Shown here: positions 47,908 through 57,656 of the stretch, one piece after another
Numbering within the stretch: the stretch's first letter is position 1
Layout of the letters: the number at the start of each line of letters is the position of its first letter
DNA from: Planctomycetota bacterium
GTDB taxonomy: Bacteria > Planctomycetota > Planctomycetia > Pirellulales > Pirellulaceae
Reading direction: 5' to 3'
NCBI GenBank assembly: GCA_039821235.1
Contig: JBCBOO010000003.1
Span: 20,169 to 84,168, forward strand
Length of the DNA stretch: 64,000 nucleotides
Notes under the pieces: generated by a model
What the model was told of the DNA's origin: nothing
Database searches by the model: none
The model's input: the letters and a program-made list of their open reading frames with translations, nothing else
Translations under genes and position numbers: made by a program

Positions 47908-48645
47908 ATGACTGCAACCATGAACTCGGTTCCAACACAGCCTTTCCCCCGGCGAAGTGCCGCTTCAATCTGGATCATGGTCCCCTTGTTGGTTTTACCG
48001 TGGGTGGCCGGGTGCGCGTCCAAACAGTACGCCCATATCCTTGCAAATAACGACAAAGATTTGGTCGGAAGCCACGCCGCCGGGGCAGCGACCTGGAACC
48101 CGCTGGTGGAAGAGTCGGTTGCCAAATTGCTGTCTCGTTGTCCGCCCGACGTGCGTCCCGTCTCGTATCACATGGAAGGTTCGCAGCCGATTGTGGAAGG
48201 TCCGTCGACGATTTGCTTCGCCGGAATCGAAAACAAGAGCGCCGAGGAGCTCGGCGACTTTAAAGACCAACTATTCGAACAAATCGACTCCCAGATCAAT
48301 TCGGGTTCGTCGTTCCGCGGGATCAGCCGACGGGTCGTCCAGGCCGCGCTTTTGGAAACACGCCTCCGGCCAGATTCGTTGTTCCTTCCGGGCAATCGAG
48401 ACGTCTTCGCTGCGGCCCTCGGCAAGGCAGGGTCCCCAGTCGACTACCTGCTGTTTGCGACCATCACCAGCGGAACCACCGACCGCAACAAATCCAGCCA
48501 ACGCGACTACACCCTGACGCTGGAAATGGTGAATGTGCACTCGGGTGACTTCGTCAAAGAGTCGGCCAAAATACGCAAGGGCTATTCGAAATCTCGCACC
48601 GGCAAATGGTGGAACTACGGCATCTTCGATCAGGCGGACGGTTGA
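47908..48645 (+). CDS. LpoB-like (COG3417-like) lipoprotein
   Basis: It has a lipobox LPWVAGC. ICFAGIENKSAEELGDFKDQLFEQIDSQINSGSSFRGISRRVV resembles the penicillin-binding-protein activator LpoB fold signature. Confidence 0.55.
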   Translation: MTATMNSVPTQPFPRRSAASIWIMVPLLVLPWVAGCASKQYAHILANNDKDLVGSHAAGAATWNPLVEESVAKLLSRCPPDVRPVSYHMEGSQPIVEGPSTICFAGIENKSAEELGDFKDQLFEQIDSQINSGSSFRGISRRVVQAALLETRLRPDSLFLPGNRDVFAAALGKAGSPVDYLLFATITSGTTDRNKSSQRDYTLTLEMVNVHSGDFVKESAKIRKGYSKSRTGKWWNYGIFDQADG

Positions 48646-49994
48646 TTCTGCCGCCGGTCATTCGGCGGTTCGTCGCGCTTTCGTGTGCGTTCCTGTCGAT
48701 CGTCTGCTCCATCGGCTGCCGATCAAACCAAGTCTCCCTGCCGATGGCTCACCAAGCCTTCGCCAAGGGTGATTTGGAGACCGCGACGGGTGTGCTGAAT
48801 GAACTTGCCGACGGATCGCAAACGTTACGATATCCCAGCGAGTTGGATTTGGCCGTTGTGGAACTCGCCTCCGGCAAGGCCCCGGAAGCCGAGACGCGGC
48901 TCCGTCAGTTACGCGAACATTTCGACGCCGTGGCAGCGGTGAGCGTAAAGGACGCCGCGTCCATGGTGACGGACGACCGAACCAGGGACTTTGCACTGGC
49001 GGACTATGAAGACGTCATGTTGCGAACGCTCTTGGCGGTCTGTTCACTCTCCAGCGGCAGCGGTGATGCGACCGCCTATCTGCTGCAGGCCCAGTCGCGT
49101 CAAGAAGAGCTGGCGGAGCGTTTGGCGAAGGCGGACGACGGGCCACGCTACAATCTACAAGTCGCGCTTGCACCTTATCTGCACGGAGCGATTCGCGAGG
49201 CATCTCATCAAGATTACGACGATGCCGAAAGAGCCTTTCGTTTAGTCAGCCAAATCCAGCCCGGCTTCCTGCCGGCCGCAGAAGACATCGCGCGTGCCTC
49301 CACCGGAACACACAGTCCAAAGGGTCACGGCGTGGTTTACGTGGTCTCGCTCGTCGGTGAAGGCCCGCAGCGTGTCGAGGAGGTCGCCGCCACGACCACG
49401 GCCTCGCTGCAAATCGCATCGTCGATCCTGAAGACCGTTCGCAACGAAGCCGATGATCGCGACGAACCGGTGCTGCCGAACATCGCCAGTGTGAAAGTAC
49501 CGACGGTGGTGGTGCCTGAGAGCCCGATTGCGGCGGTTGGCGTTCGAACTGCGTTGGGATTCTTGGGCGCGACGCAAACCGTGACCGATGTCGGCACACT
49601 GGCTCGCGAGCAATGCGATGCCGAGATGCCATGGACAATCGCTCGTGCGGTCGCGCGACGCGTGCTGAAAGAAACCAGCGTTGCGGCGGTCTCCGATTCG
49701 ATCGGGCTAAGCGGAAATGCAGCCTCCGTGCTGGAGTTCGCGGCATCGAGCGTGTGGAGCGGCGCGGAAAAAGCCGACACGAGGTGTTGGAGTTTGCTGC
49801 CACGCGAATTTCAGGTGCTCCGAGCCGCCTTGCCCGCCGGCCCCCAAACCTTGGAGTTCGTGCCCCTGGGGCACGGCGGCCAACCGATCGCAGCACCGAT
49901 CAACCACTCGTTAACGATGGAGAACGGACGAAACCACTACGTCTTCGTTTTCGCCCCCGGTCAAATCGTCTCCATCGTTGACTCCGCCCCTTAG
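48606..49994 (+). CDS. hypothetical lipoprotein (alternative TTG start at 48642 overlapping the upstream TGA)
   Basis: It has the signal/lipobox RRFVALSCAFLSIVCSIGC and a helical-repeat N-half. No family was recognised. Confidence 0.5.
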   Translation: MVELRHLRSGGRLILPPVIRRFVALSCAFLSIVCSIGCRSNQVSLPMAHQAFAKGDLETATGVLNELADGSQTLRYPSELDLAVVELASGKAPEAETRLRQLREHFDAVAAVSVKDAASMVTDDRTRDFALADYEDVMLRTLLAVCSLSSGSGDATAYLLQAQSRQEELAERLAKADDGPRYNLQVALAPYLHGAIREASHQDYDDAERAFRLVSQIQPGFLPAAEDIARASTGTHSPKGHGVVYVVSLVGEGPQRVEEVAATTTASLQIASSILKTVRNEADDRDEPVLPNIASVKVPTVVVPESPIAAVGVRTALGFLGATQTVTDVGTLAREQCDAEMPWTIARAVARRVLKETSVAAVSDSIGLSGNAASVLEFAASSVWSGAEKADTRCWSLLPREFQVLRAALPAGPQTLEFVPLGHGGQPIAAPINHSLTMENGRNHYVFVFAPGQIVSIVDSAP

Positions 49995-50110
49995 CTGGAG
50001 TCCATGCTACTGGATGCACTTCAGCCCGCGAACGAACTTGATCTCACATTGCCGAATCGCGTACCGTTCGTTCAGATCCGGTTCGAGGACTACATTCTTG
50101 GGGCACAGGG

Positions 50111-50908
50111 ATGAATCGACGACGCGTTGCGGTGATGCAGCCGTATTTCTTTCCGTACATCGGCTACTTTCAGCTGATGGACGCGGCTGATGTGTTCGTC
50201 CTCTACGACAATCTCAAGTACACCAAGAAAGGTTGGATCAACCGAAATCGCTTTCTTGAGCAGGGCATGGATCGGCGGTTTTCGATCCCGATCGCCAGTG
50301 CGTCAGACTCGCTTCACATCAACGAGCGCCGAATCGCTGATTCATTCGACACCGCCAAGTTACTTCGTCGGATTCGCGCGGCTTACCTCCGTGCACCTCA
50401 CTTCGATGCCGCCTTTGATTTGTTTCAACAGGCCGTCACCTGCACGGAGCGTTGCCTCTACGCGTTTCTCGAAAACTCGATTCGACTCCTCGCTGAGCAA
50501 CTGGTTCCACCGGTCAAGCTGATTCGATCTTCGACGATCGACATTGATCACGGCCTGGCTGGCCAAAGCAAGGTCTTGGCAATCTGCAAGGCGCTTGAGG
50601 CGACCGAATATGTCAACGCGATTGGCGGACGAGAACTCTACGATCCCGACGTGTTCGATCGGCGGGGCGTCCCGATTCGGTTCATTCAGTCGTCCATGCT
50701 GGAGTACGTTCAGTTCAACGTTCCTTTCATTCCTTGGTTGTCCATCTTGGATGTGATGATGTTCAACTCGATGGAACGAACGCGAGAGATGATCAGTGGT
50801 GGCTACGAATTAATTGAAGGCGAACGTTCTCGGGATGCGATCGCGTCAGGCTCTGTCTCGGCGGCGTTTCCTACTGCAACGTCTTCTTCGACGGATGCCC
50901 TGTCATGA
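50111..50908 (+). CDS. WbqC family protein
   Basis: VAVMQPYFFPYIGYFQLMDAADVFVLYDNLKYTKKGWINRN is the characteristic WbqC-like N-terminus. Confidence 0.8.
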   Translation: MNRRRVAVMQPYFFPYIGYFQLMDAADVFVLYDNLKYTKKGWINRNRFLEQGMDRRFSIPIASASDSLHINERRIADSFDTAKLLRRIRAAYLRAPHFDAAFDLFQQAVTCTERCLYAFLENSIRLLAEQLVPPVKLIRSSTIDIDHGLAGQSKVLAICKALEATEYVNAIGGRELYDPDVFDRRGVPIRFIQSSMLEYVQFNVPFIPWLSILDVMMFNSMERTREMISGGYELIEGERSRDAIASGSVSAAFPTATSSSTDALS

Positions 50909-51897
50909 TCGCCGCCCAGACCAGTCGGCGGCGCTACCAATGGCGGAAACTCGGCCGCGTCTTTGATCCGACCGACTACGCGCAGCGGCACGAAAGCTGG
51001 ATGAGCGAATTCGCTCAAGCTCCCAGTGTGATCGTCTTTGATGACTACCTAAGAGTCTTTTTTTCGTGTCGACCCAAACCCGATCCAAGGGGACAGTACA
51101 AAAGTTATTGCACGTACTTGGATGTCGATCGTGAGGATCCGACTCGCGTGATTCGGGTCGCCGACCATCCGATTTTGCCGCTCGGGGAATTAGGGATGTT
51201 CGATGAGTTCGGGACCTATCCGATCTCGGTGATTCGCTTGGGAAACACCCTGCGGGGCTACTATGCCGGTTGGACTCGCTGTGAGTCCGTTCCGTTCAAC
51301 ACGGCGATTGGAGTTGCAGAGAGTAGCGACAAGGGAACGTCTTTTGAAAAACTCGGTCCCGGACCGGTCATTCCCTACACTGTCGATGAACCGTTCGTGA
51401 TCAGTGGTCCCAAGATTCGAAGTTTCAACGGGCGTTTCTATCTGTACTACATCGCCGGAAGACAATGGATCTTGGATCGCGGACGTCCCGAACCGGTTTA
51501 CAAGATTCGCCTCGCCACCTCCGACGACGGTTTGAACTGGGAGAAACTGGGGCGCGACCTGATTGCGGACCAGCGTGGAACCGAAGAGGCGCAGGCCAGT
51601 CCCGATGTCGTCTATTCCGGAGGTCGCTACCACATGTTCTTTTGCCACCGTAGTGGCAGAGACTATCGCAATCAAACCGGTGGTTATCGCATCGGCTACG
51701 CTTGGTCGGAGGACGCGATCCGTTGGCACCGCGATGATCGTCGGGCCGGCTTGGAGACGTCCGATGCGGGATGGGATCACCAGATGGTCAGTTATCCACA
51801 CGTGGTGATCGTCGACGGTAAGACGTATCTGTTCTATCTCGGCAACGACGTGGGTAAACAGGGTTTTGGCGTTGCCGAATTGGAGGGAGAGCTGTGA
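50905..51897 (+). CDS. predicted five-bladed beta-propeller (GH43/32/130-like fold) protein, paralog 1
   Basis: It has repeated blade-like motifs (FDEFGTYPISVI, YKIRLATSDDGLNWEK, YHMFFCHRS...YRIGYAWSEDAIRWHR, GKTYLFYLGN). It is clearly paralogous to the N-terminal 340 aa of the next gene. It has an ATGA overlap with the upstream gene. Confidence 0.45.
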   Translation: MIAAQTSRRRYQWRKLGRVFDPTDYAQRHESWMSEFAQAPSVIVFDDYLRVFFSCRPKPDPRGQYKSYCTYLDVDREDPTRVIRVADHPILPLGELGMFDEFGTYPISVIRLGNTLRGYYAGWTRCESVPFNTAIGVAESSDKGTSFEKLGPGPVIPYTVDEPFVISGPKIRSFNGRFYLYYIAGRQWILDRGRPEPVYKIRLATSDDGLNWEKLGRDLIADQRGTEEAQASPDVVYSGGRYHMFFCHRSGRDYRNQTGGYRIGYAWSEDAIRWHRDDRRAGLETSDAGWDHQMVSYPHVVIVDGKTYLFYLGNDVGKQGFGVAELEGEL

Positions 51898-53432
51898 GTG
51901 TGCTCCACGCTTCGTCATCCGCTACGCAAACGGCTGTCGGGATCCGCTGGGAAAAACGTGGGCTGATTTTTCGGCCAAGTGATCACGCTCTCCCGTTTGA
52001 TCATTGCGAATTCGCGCAGTCACCCCAAGCCGTTTCGCTTGATGACCGCGTTCGGATCTTTTTCTCCACGCGCACGCGCGATTCGTCCGTCGGGAAATTC
52101 GTGAGCCATATCTGCTATGTTGATTTCGATCATGATCTGCAACGCGTTCTTGGTGTATCGAAACAGCCGGTCATCGACCAAGGCGGACTCGGGTGCTTCG
52201 ATGAGCACGGCATCTTTCCACTCAGCCCGTTGCGGATGGGCGATCAAATCTACGGCTACACCTGTGGTTGGAGTCGTAGGGTCTCCGTTTCGGTGGAAAC
52301 GGGGATCGGACTGGCCATCAGCGAGAACAACGGTCGTTCTTTTCGGCGAATCGGAACCGGGCCCATTCTGTCTGCAACACTGAACGAACCGTGTTTGGTT
52401 GGAGACGCTTTTGTGCTCCATTGCGAAGGCAAGTTCGTCATGTGGTACATCTACGGGCGGCCGTGGCAACGTTTTTCCGCGGGTGCACCTCCCGACCGCA
52501 TTTACAAGATCGCGATGGCGACATCCGACGACGGTATCCGTTGGACCAAGCGAAACGAACAACCGCTGGTCGAAGATATGCTCGGGCCGACCGAGTGTCA
52601 GGCCTTGCCAACGGTCATGCAGGTCGGAGGTCGCTATCACCTCTACTTTTGTTTTCGACATGCGAGTGACTTTCGTGATCACCCCGACCGCGGATACCGA
52701 CTCGGATACGCATGGTCGGAAAACCTGACGCAATGGCATCGCAACGATGCAGCCGTGGGCATCCAGCGATCCGAAGAAACGACGGCTTGGGATTGTCAGA
52801 TGATGTGCTACCCCAATGTCTTCCAACATCGCGGACGCACCTTCTTGCTTTACAACGGGAACCACTTCGGTCGCGAAGGTTTCGGGGTCGCCGTCGGCAC
52901 GATGGAAGGATCAGACATCGTGATCAGGGTGAATGAAGCGTCCCAGCAAGCGATCGCGAGTCACTTGAACGCTTGCGATCAGGATTTTTCGACACGGTTG
53001 AGCGAACGAGTCGACGTATCCGCGTACGCGAAAAAGCTGAACGAGCAAGCGACGACAATCGAAGCCTGGCGAGGCGACCGACTTATCGGACTCCTCGCCG
53101 CCTACGTGGAAACGCAAACGCTTGAAAGTCCCATTTCGCGCACCGCAAAGTCATTCATTAGCAATGTGAGCGTGCTGCGTGAAAGCCGCCGACGTGGTGT
53201 GGCAAAACGGTTGATGGCTCGCCTCCTGCGCGAGCTTGATCGACGGTTGGCGGGTTCGGACGTTCAGACTTGCGAAATCGAGCTCGAAGTCGCACGCGAC
53301 TCTCCGTCCGCACTGGGATTGTATGCTCAATGCGGCTTCCACGTCATTGATGACAACCAAACCACGATTCGAATGCGACGATCGACCCAGGTAGCACCGT
53401 CCGTCTCCGATCACAATACGAAACGATCATGA
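51894..53432 (+). CDS. beta-propeller paralog 2 fused to a C-terminal GNAT acetyltransferase domain
   Basis: The N-terminal 340 aa are collinear with the previous gene (FDEHGIFPLSPL, YKIAMATSDDGIRWTK, YHLYFCFRH...YRLGYAWSENLTQWHR, GRTFLLYNGN). The C-terminus has GNAT motif A (VLRESRRRGVAKRLMARLL) and LGLYAQCGF. Confidence 0.55.
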   Translation: MSVLHASSSATQTAVGIRWEKRGLIFRPSDHALPFDHCEFAQSPQAVSLDDRVRIFFSTRTRDSSVGKFVSHICYVDFDHDLQRVLGVSKQPVIDQGGLGCFDEHGIFPLSPLRMGDQIYGYTCGWSRRVSVSVETGIGLAISENNGRSFRRIGTGPILSATLNEPCLVGDAFVLHCEGKFVMWYIYGRPWQRFSAGAPPDRIYKIAMATSDDGIRWTKRNEQPLVEDMLGPTECQALPTVMQVGGRYHLYFCFRHASDFRDHPDRGYRLGYAWSENLTQWHRNDAAVGIQRSEETTAWDCQMMCYPNVFQHRGRTFLLYNGNHFGREGFGVAVGTMEGSDIVIRVNEASQQAIASHLNACDQDFSTRLSERVDVSAYAKKLNEQATTIEAWRGDRLIGLLAAYVETQTLESPISRTAKSFISNVSVLRESRRRGVAKRLMARLLRELDRRLAGSDVQTCEIELEVARDSPSALGLYAQCGFHVIDDNQTTIRMRRSTQVAPSVSDHNTKRS

Positions 53433-54220
53433 GCCTTGGAACCGAAAGTGAATCGCAAGGAACTCCGCGTCCCGTTGCACGTGACTACGATCAAGAGTTG
53501 CGAGATACCGCCGACCATCAGTACGCGTATCACTTTGATCTGGATGTAATTCATCCGATGGTACTGCGAGCCATGACGCCCTTTTTTCAGGATGGAGACT
53601 GCTTGGAACTGGGCAGCTACCTCGGGGACTTTACGGAGCGCTTACTCGAACACTTTTCACGTGTCACGTGTGTGGATGCTTCCGGAAAAGCGATTGCCGG
53701 TCTGCGTCAGCGACTCGGGCAGCGGGTGGATGCGATCCACGAACCGTTCGAGACATTGACGCTCTCCAAGGCGTTTCCCAACATCATTTTGATGCATGTC
53801 TTGGAGCATCTCGATGATCCGGTTTCGGTTCTGCGGCGGATCAACGAAGAATGGCTCTCGCCGGGAGGCAGATTGATGCTCGTTTGCCCCAACGCGAATG
53901 CGCCGTCGCGTCAAATCGCGGTCAAGATGGGCTTGATCGAACACAACGCGGCGATCACACCGGCCGAGCGTCAGCACGGTCATCGCGCAACATACTCACT
54001 GGATACATTGGAGAGGGATGCGCGTGCGGCGGGTTTGAACGTCATGCATCGCACCGGGGTCTTCTTCAAGGCACTCGCCAACTTCCAGTGGGATCGTTTG
54101 CTGGAGACCGATATCATCTCAGACGAGTACCTTGAGGGTTGTTATCAACTCGGCCAACACTACCCGGATCTCTGCTCCAGTATCTTCCTGGTTTGCGAGC
54201 GACCAAGCGACGCTCGCTAA
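53429..54220 (+). CDS. class I SAM-dependent methyltransferase
   Basis: It has motif I DCLELGSYLGDFT and post-I/II motifs (ILMHVLEHLDDP, GGRLMLVCPN). Confidence 0.8.
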   Translation: MSLGTESESQGTPRPVARDYDQELRDTADHQYAYHFDLDVIHPMVLRAMTPFFQDGDCLELGSYLGDFTERLLEHFSRVTCVDASGKAIAGLRQRLGQRVDAIHEPFETLTLSKAFPNIILMHVLEHLDDPVSVLRRINEEWLSPGGRLMLVCPNANAPSRQIAVKMGLIEHNAAITPAERQHGHRATYSLDTLERDARAAGLNVMHRTGVFFKALANFQWDRLLETDIISDEYLEGCYQLGQHYPDLCSSIFLVCERPSDAR

Positions 54221-54244
54221 ACCGACTGAATCGGCAGTGCGACA

Positions 54245-54616
54245 TCAGTTCTTTTGGCAGAGTTCGATCCAGTGCCCGTCGGGATCGCAGACGAACAATT
54301 GTTGTGCGCCATCAGGACGTGTTCGCCGAGGCAAGTGTTCCGCACCGAGTTCGGTGATCACGGATTCCCAAGCGTCGAGATCGGTGACTTGGAGCGCAAA
54401 ATGGGTTCCCCGAGAGTTGGAATGCACTGGTAGGTCACGATCGCCGATCAGGTGAAGTTCCTGGCCGGGGCCGAGCGCGAACCAGGCTCCGGGGAAATCG
54501 AATGCGGGGCGGGGTAAGGGCCGCAGTCCCATCACGTCACGGTAGAACGCCTCGCTCACGGCGACCTCTCGGACGTGAATCGCGACGTGATCAAGTTGGA
54601 TGACGGGGCGTTCCAT
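54245..54616 (-). CDS. VOC (glyoxalase/bleomycin-resistance/dioxygenase) family protein
   Basis: It has LDHVAIHVREVAVSEAFY, HFALQV and DPDGHWIEL. Confidence 0.8.
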   Translation of the reverse strand: MERPVIQLDHVAIHVREVAVSEAFYRDVMGLRPLPRPAFDFPGAWFALGPGQELHLIGDRDLPVHSNSRGTHFALQVTDLDAWESVITELGAEHLPRRTRPDGAQQLFVCDPDGHWIELCQKN

Positions 54617-54622
54617 CGACGC

Positions 54623-55414
54623 TTATTCCGGTGCCTTGAAGGATTGGAGATAGGCGACGACTTCACGGTTCCCTTTCTGTCTCGCGAAGTCCAACGCGTT
54701 TTCGCCGTCGTCATCGACCATCGTCTGATCTGCACCACGCGCCAGCAGCAGTTTGACCACCTCCAGTTGATTTTCCGCGGACGCCATCATCAGGGGCGTG
54801 TAGTTTTCAGCCCCTCCCACAGCATTGATCTCCGCTCCGGCATCCAGGAGTGTTGCGACCACGTTAGGGGCAGGTCCGCTTGCCGCATGAAAGAGCGGCG
54901 TCATTTTTTCACGATCGCGTGCATCCACTTTCGCACCCGCGCGGAGTAGCACTTTGACGATATCATTGTGTCCTCCATACGCGGCCATCGCCAACGCAGA
55001 AAAACCCTCCGCGCCGATTTCGTTGACGTCCATTCCGCTTTTCAAGCAGCGTTCAACCACCCGCAACTTTCCCTTGAGCGCCGCGTCACGAAAGGCCTCC
55101 GGGCTGTACATCTGAGGCGGTAACGGTGCCTTGGTTGTCTCGGGTTGATCGGCGAAGACCGTGTCGTCCTGATCAGCCGAGTTGGGGGCAGCAGCGTTCG
55201 GTTCCCCCGAGTCCTCTTCGGAACTCGGTTGAGTGCCCCGCGTGTCGGTGGATGCGTCTTCCGTCCCGGCTTCGCCGGTGACAGTCGAAGTCATCCCGTC
55301 ACCTTTCATGCTCTCGTCGACGGTTTCGGGCGATTCGGAGCACCCCAAACAGGCGAGCATCAACAGTGCCATGCAAAAAGCGTGATGCATGGGAGAAAAT
55401 GGTTTCCGAAGCAT
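54623..55414 (-). CDS. ankyrin-repeat lipoprotein
   Basis: It has a lipobox LLMLACLGC, an acidic linker, and then 4 ankyrin repeats (GFSALAMAAYGGHNDIVKVLLRAGAKVDA, MTPLFHAAS..., YTPLMMASAENQLEVVKLLLARGAD, ENALDFARQKGNREVV). Confidence 0.85.
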   Translation of the reverse strand: MLRKPFSPMHHAFCMALLMLACLGCSESPETVDESMKGDGMTSTVTGEAGTEDASTDTRGTQPSSEEDSGEPNAAAPNSADQDDTVFADQPETTKAPLPPQMYSPEAFRDAALKGKLRVVERCLKSGMDVNEIGAEGFSALAMAAYGGHNDIVKVLLRAGAKVDARDREKMTPLFHAASGPAPNVVATLLDAGAEINAVGGAENYTPLMMASAENQLEVVKLLLARGADQTMVDDDGENALDFARQKGNREVVAYLQSFKAPE

Positions 55415-55563
55415 GCGAAGCGACTTTCACGAAGAGGAAAAACGGGGGGAAGAGATCGGGTGACCAGCTGTGTCAGGGGAGCCGCGATCCTTTCAATGTC
55501 GAGGCAACGAATGGTTGTCGCCTCCCCAGTAGTGTGACAGTTTTATCAAGGAAGAGCGATCCA

Positions 55564-55950
55564 ATGGCAAAGTTTTACGTTCAGTGTGGTTGGGAAAATC
55601 TCGTTTTGGCGACCGATGTTGCCGAATCAGCTGCCCTCTGCATCATCGACCGCATTCTTGCACCGCACCTTTGGATCTACGATGACCCGGACTTGAGCGA
55701 ATTGGACTGCCATCGGCATTTGATGCTCGAAGCCCTCCTTCATCTTCCGACGGAGATTGCCGTCAGCGAGAAGGGGCTTGATCGGGAAGATGCCGAGCGT
55801 TTTTCGGTGCCGGAGATGATCGTTCGGTGGCACAAGCTAATGATCGGAATGCGTCGCTTGTTTGCAGAAGCCGGTATTCAGCGGACCGTTGCGGTTCTCG
55901 CGGGCGCTCAGGCGATCGAGGACGCCACTCTCACGAACAAGCCTCGGTGA
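55564..55950 (+). CDS. hypothetical protein
   Basis: It is an ORF with a plausible internal ATG (MAKFYVQCGW...). No family was recognised. Confidence 0.35.
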   Translation: MAKFYVQCGWENLVLATDVAESAALCIIDRILAPHLWIYDDPDLSELDCHRHLMLEALLHLPTEIAVSEKGLDREDAERFSVPEMIVRWHKLMIGMRRLFAEAGIQRTVAVLAGAQAIEDATLTNKPR

Positions 55951-56061
55951 CCCCCCTGGCAGGTCGTCAAACGCTTTCTCGACTGCTACCGTTTAGTCAA
56001 AGGAAGCGTCTAATTTGCGGTCTGCGTTTGTGTGATCAACCTTTTTCAGGGAGCCGTTCCG

Positions 56062-56277
56062 ATGCAACAAGTCAAGATTTTCAAGGCGACGGATACTGAA
56101 ATCGGTGACATGGAAAAGCAGATCAACCGGTTTATTCGCAAGAACAGCATTCGTGTGCTTTCCATTTCCGGAAACCACTCGATGGCCAGCGGAGCCAGCG
56201 CCGGTCCGATGAATACGTTTGCCGGTGGTGATGTGACCGTGATCATGCTCTATGAAATTGACCGGCCACAGGATTAG
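56062..56277 (+). CDS. small hypothetical protein
   Basis: It is a 71-aa ORF (MQQVKIFKATDTEIGDMEKQINRFI...). No family was recognised. Confidence 0.3.
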   Translation: MQQVKIFKATDTEIGDMEKQINRFIRKNSIRVLSISGNHSMASGASAGPMNTFAGGDVTVIMLYEIDRPQD

Positions 56278-56509
56278 TGCTTCGTCCGGACTCAACTTTG
56301 GGTTTGCGTTTGATGAGCGGGCGCTGGCAACGATGCATGTCCAATTCCCGAGGTTGACTCCTTTGTTGGATTTCATCCGTGTCTATACTACGGCGGTCAA
56401 AGTCCAAGGATGGTCATTTCAACGAATTCAGGCCGCCGATATGCCGTAAAGCGAAGTTCGGCTTGAGCCTCGTCCCGCCAGTCTGTACCCCCCGAATGAG
56501 AGTTTACGC

Positions 56510-57631
56510 ATGAAACGCCTTGCGTTAATCGCGATTTGTTGTGTCGCTGCCGCTGTCCTGATCCCAAGAGCGGCGGAAGCCGAACCCACGTTGGGGATTG
56601 GCTCCAAAGCACCTTCGCTCGATATCGAGTACTACTTTGAATCGGACGATCCCAAGGTCACCAAGTTCGAGAAGGGACAGGTCTACGTCGTTGAATTTTG
56701 GGCGACATGGTGTGGACCCTGTATCGCCAGCATGCCTCACTTGGCGGATCTGCAGAACGAGTTTCGTGAGTCGGGCGTCAAGATCATCAGCATCTCGGAT
56801 GAGGATCTTGAAACAGTTCAGGCAACGATGGAAAAGCCTTATCCTGGACAGGAGGCAACGTTCGCCAAAGTCACGTCGCCCTACATCTTGACGACCGACC
56901 CCGATCGATCGGTCTACACCGATTACATGGTTGCCGCGGAGCAGAATGGCATCCCAACGTCATTCATCGTTGGCAAGTCAGGGCTCATCGAATGGATCGG
57001 TCACCCGGCTGAACTGGACGAGCCTTTGGCGTCCGTGGTTGGCGACAGTTGGGATCGCGAAGCATTTAAAGCCGAAATGGAAGAGCAGCAGCAATTCCAA
57101 TCGATCCTGCAGGAGTTCGCGCAGCTTGCCGGAAGTGAGAAGTACGACGAAGCGGGCAAGATTCTGGAAGAGCAAATCACCAATACGAAGAGCGAAGAGC
57201 TAAAAGAACGTTGGGTGATGATCCGGCACCAGTTCAATCTGATGAGCGGTCGCATTACCGACGCCGACATCACGTTCTATCGCGGGCAATTGACGGAGCA
57301 AAAGGGGACGCCGCAAGCGATCTATCAAACAGCGATGATGCTTTACTCGGCCACACAAAACGGTGGCAAGATTGGTCCCCTCGCGGGCGAAGCCATCAAG
57401 GCTCTTGAGGCGGAAGTGGATGGAATCGAGGAAGATGGAAACAAAGCCGCCGTCCTCGAAGCGATCGCCCGACTCCACACCCTTGGCGGTGACCTTGACA
57501 AAGCCGTCGCGTCCCAAGAGAAAGCCGTTGCGATGACCAAGGATCTTCCGCGTGCACAACAAAAACGCATGCAGCTCTACCTGGAGGATCTCAAGGATCA
57601 ATTGAAGAAGAAAGCTGACGACAAGAAGTAG
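56510..57631 (+). CDS. secreted TlpA/ResA-like thioredoxin-fold oxidoreductase with helical C-terminal domain
   Basis: It has a signal peptide, VVEFWATWCGPCIASMPHL (WCGPC active site) and GIPTSFIV (cis-Pro loop). Confidence 0.8.
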   Translation: MKRLALIAICCVAAAVLIPRAAEAEPTLGIGSKAPSLDIEYYFESDDPKVTKFEKGQVYVVEFWATWCGPCIASMPHLADLQNEFRESGVKIISISDEDLETVQATMEKPYPGQEATFAKVTSPYILTTDPDRSVYTDYMVAAEQNGIPTSFIVGKSGLIEWIGHPAELDEPLASVVGDSWDREAFKAEMEEQQQFQSILQEFAQLAGSEKYDEAGKILEEQITNTKSEELKERWVMIRHQFNLMSGRITDADITFYRGQLTEQKGTPQAIYQTAMMLYSATQNGGKIGPLAGEAIKALEAEVDGIEEDGNKAAVLEAIARLHTLGGDLDKAVASQEKAVAMTKDLPRAQQKRMQLYLEDLKDQLKKKADDKK

Positions 57632-57656
57632 TTCGCTTTCATCACCCCAGTGAGAA

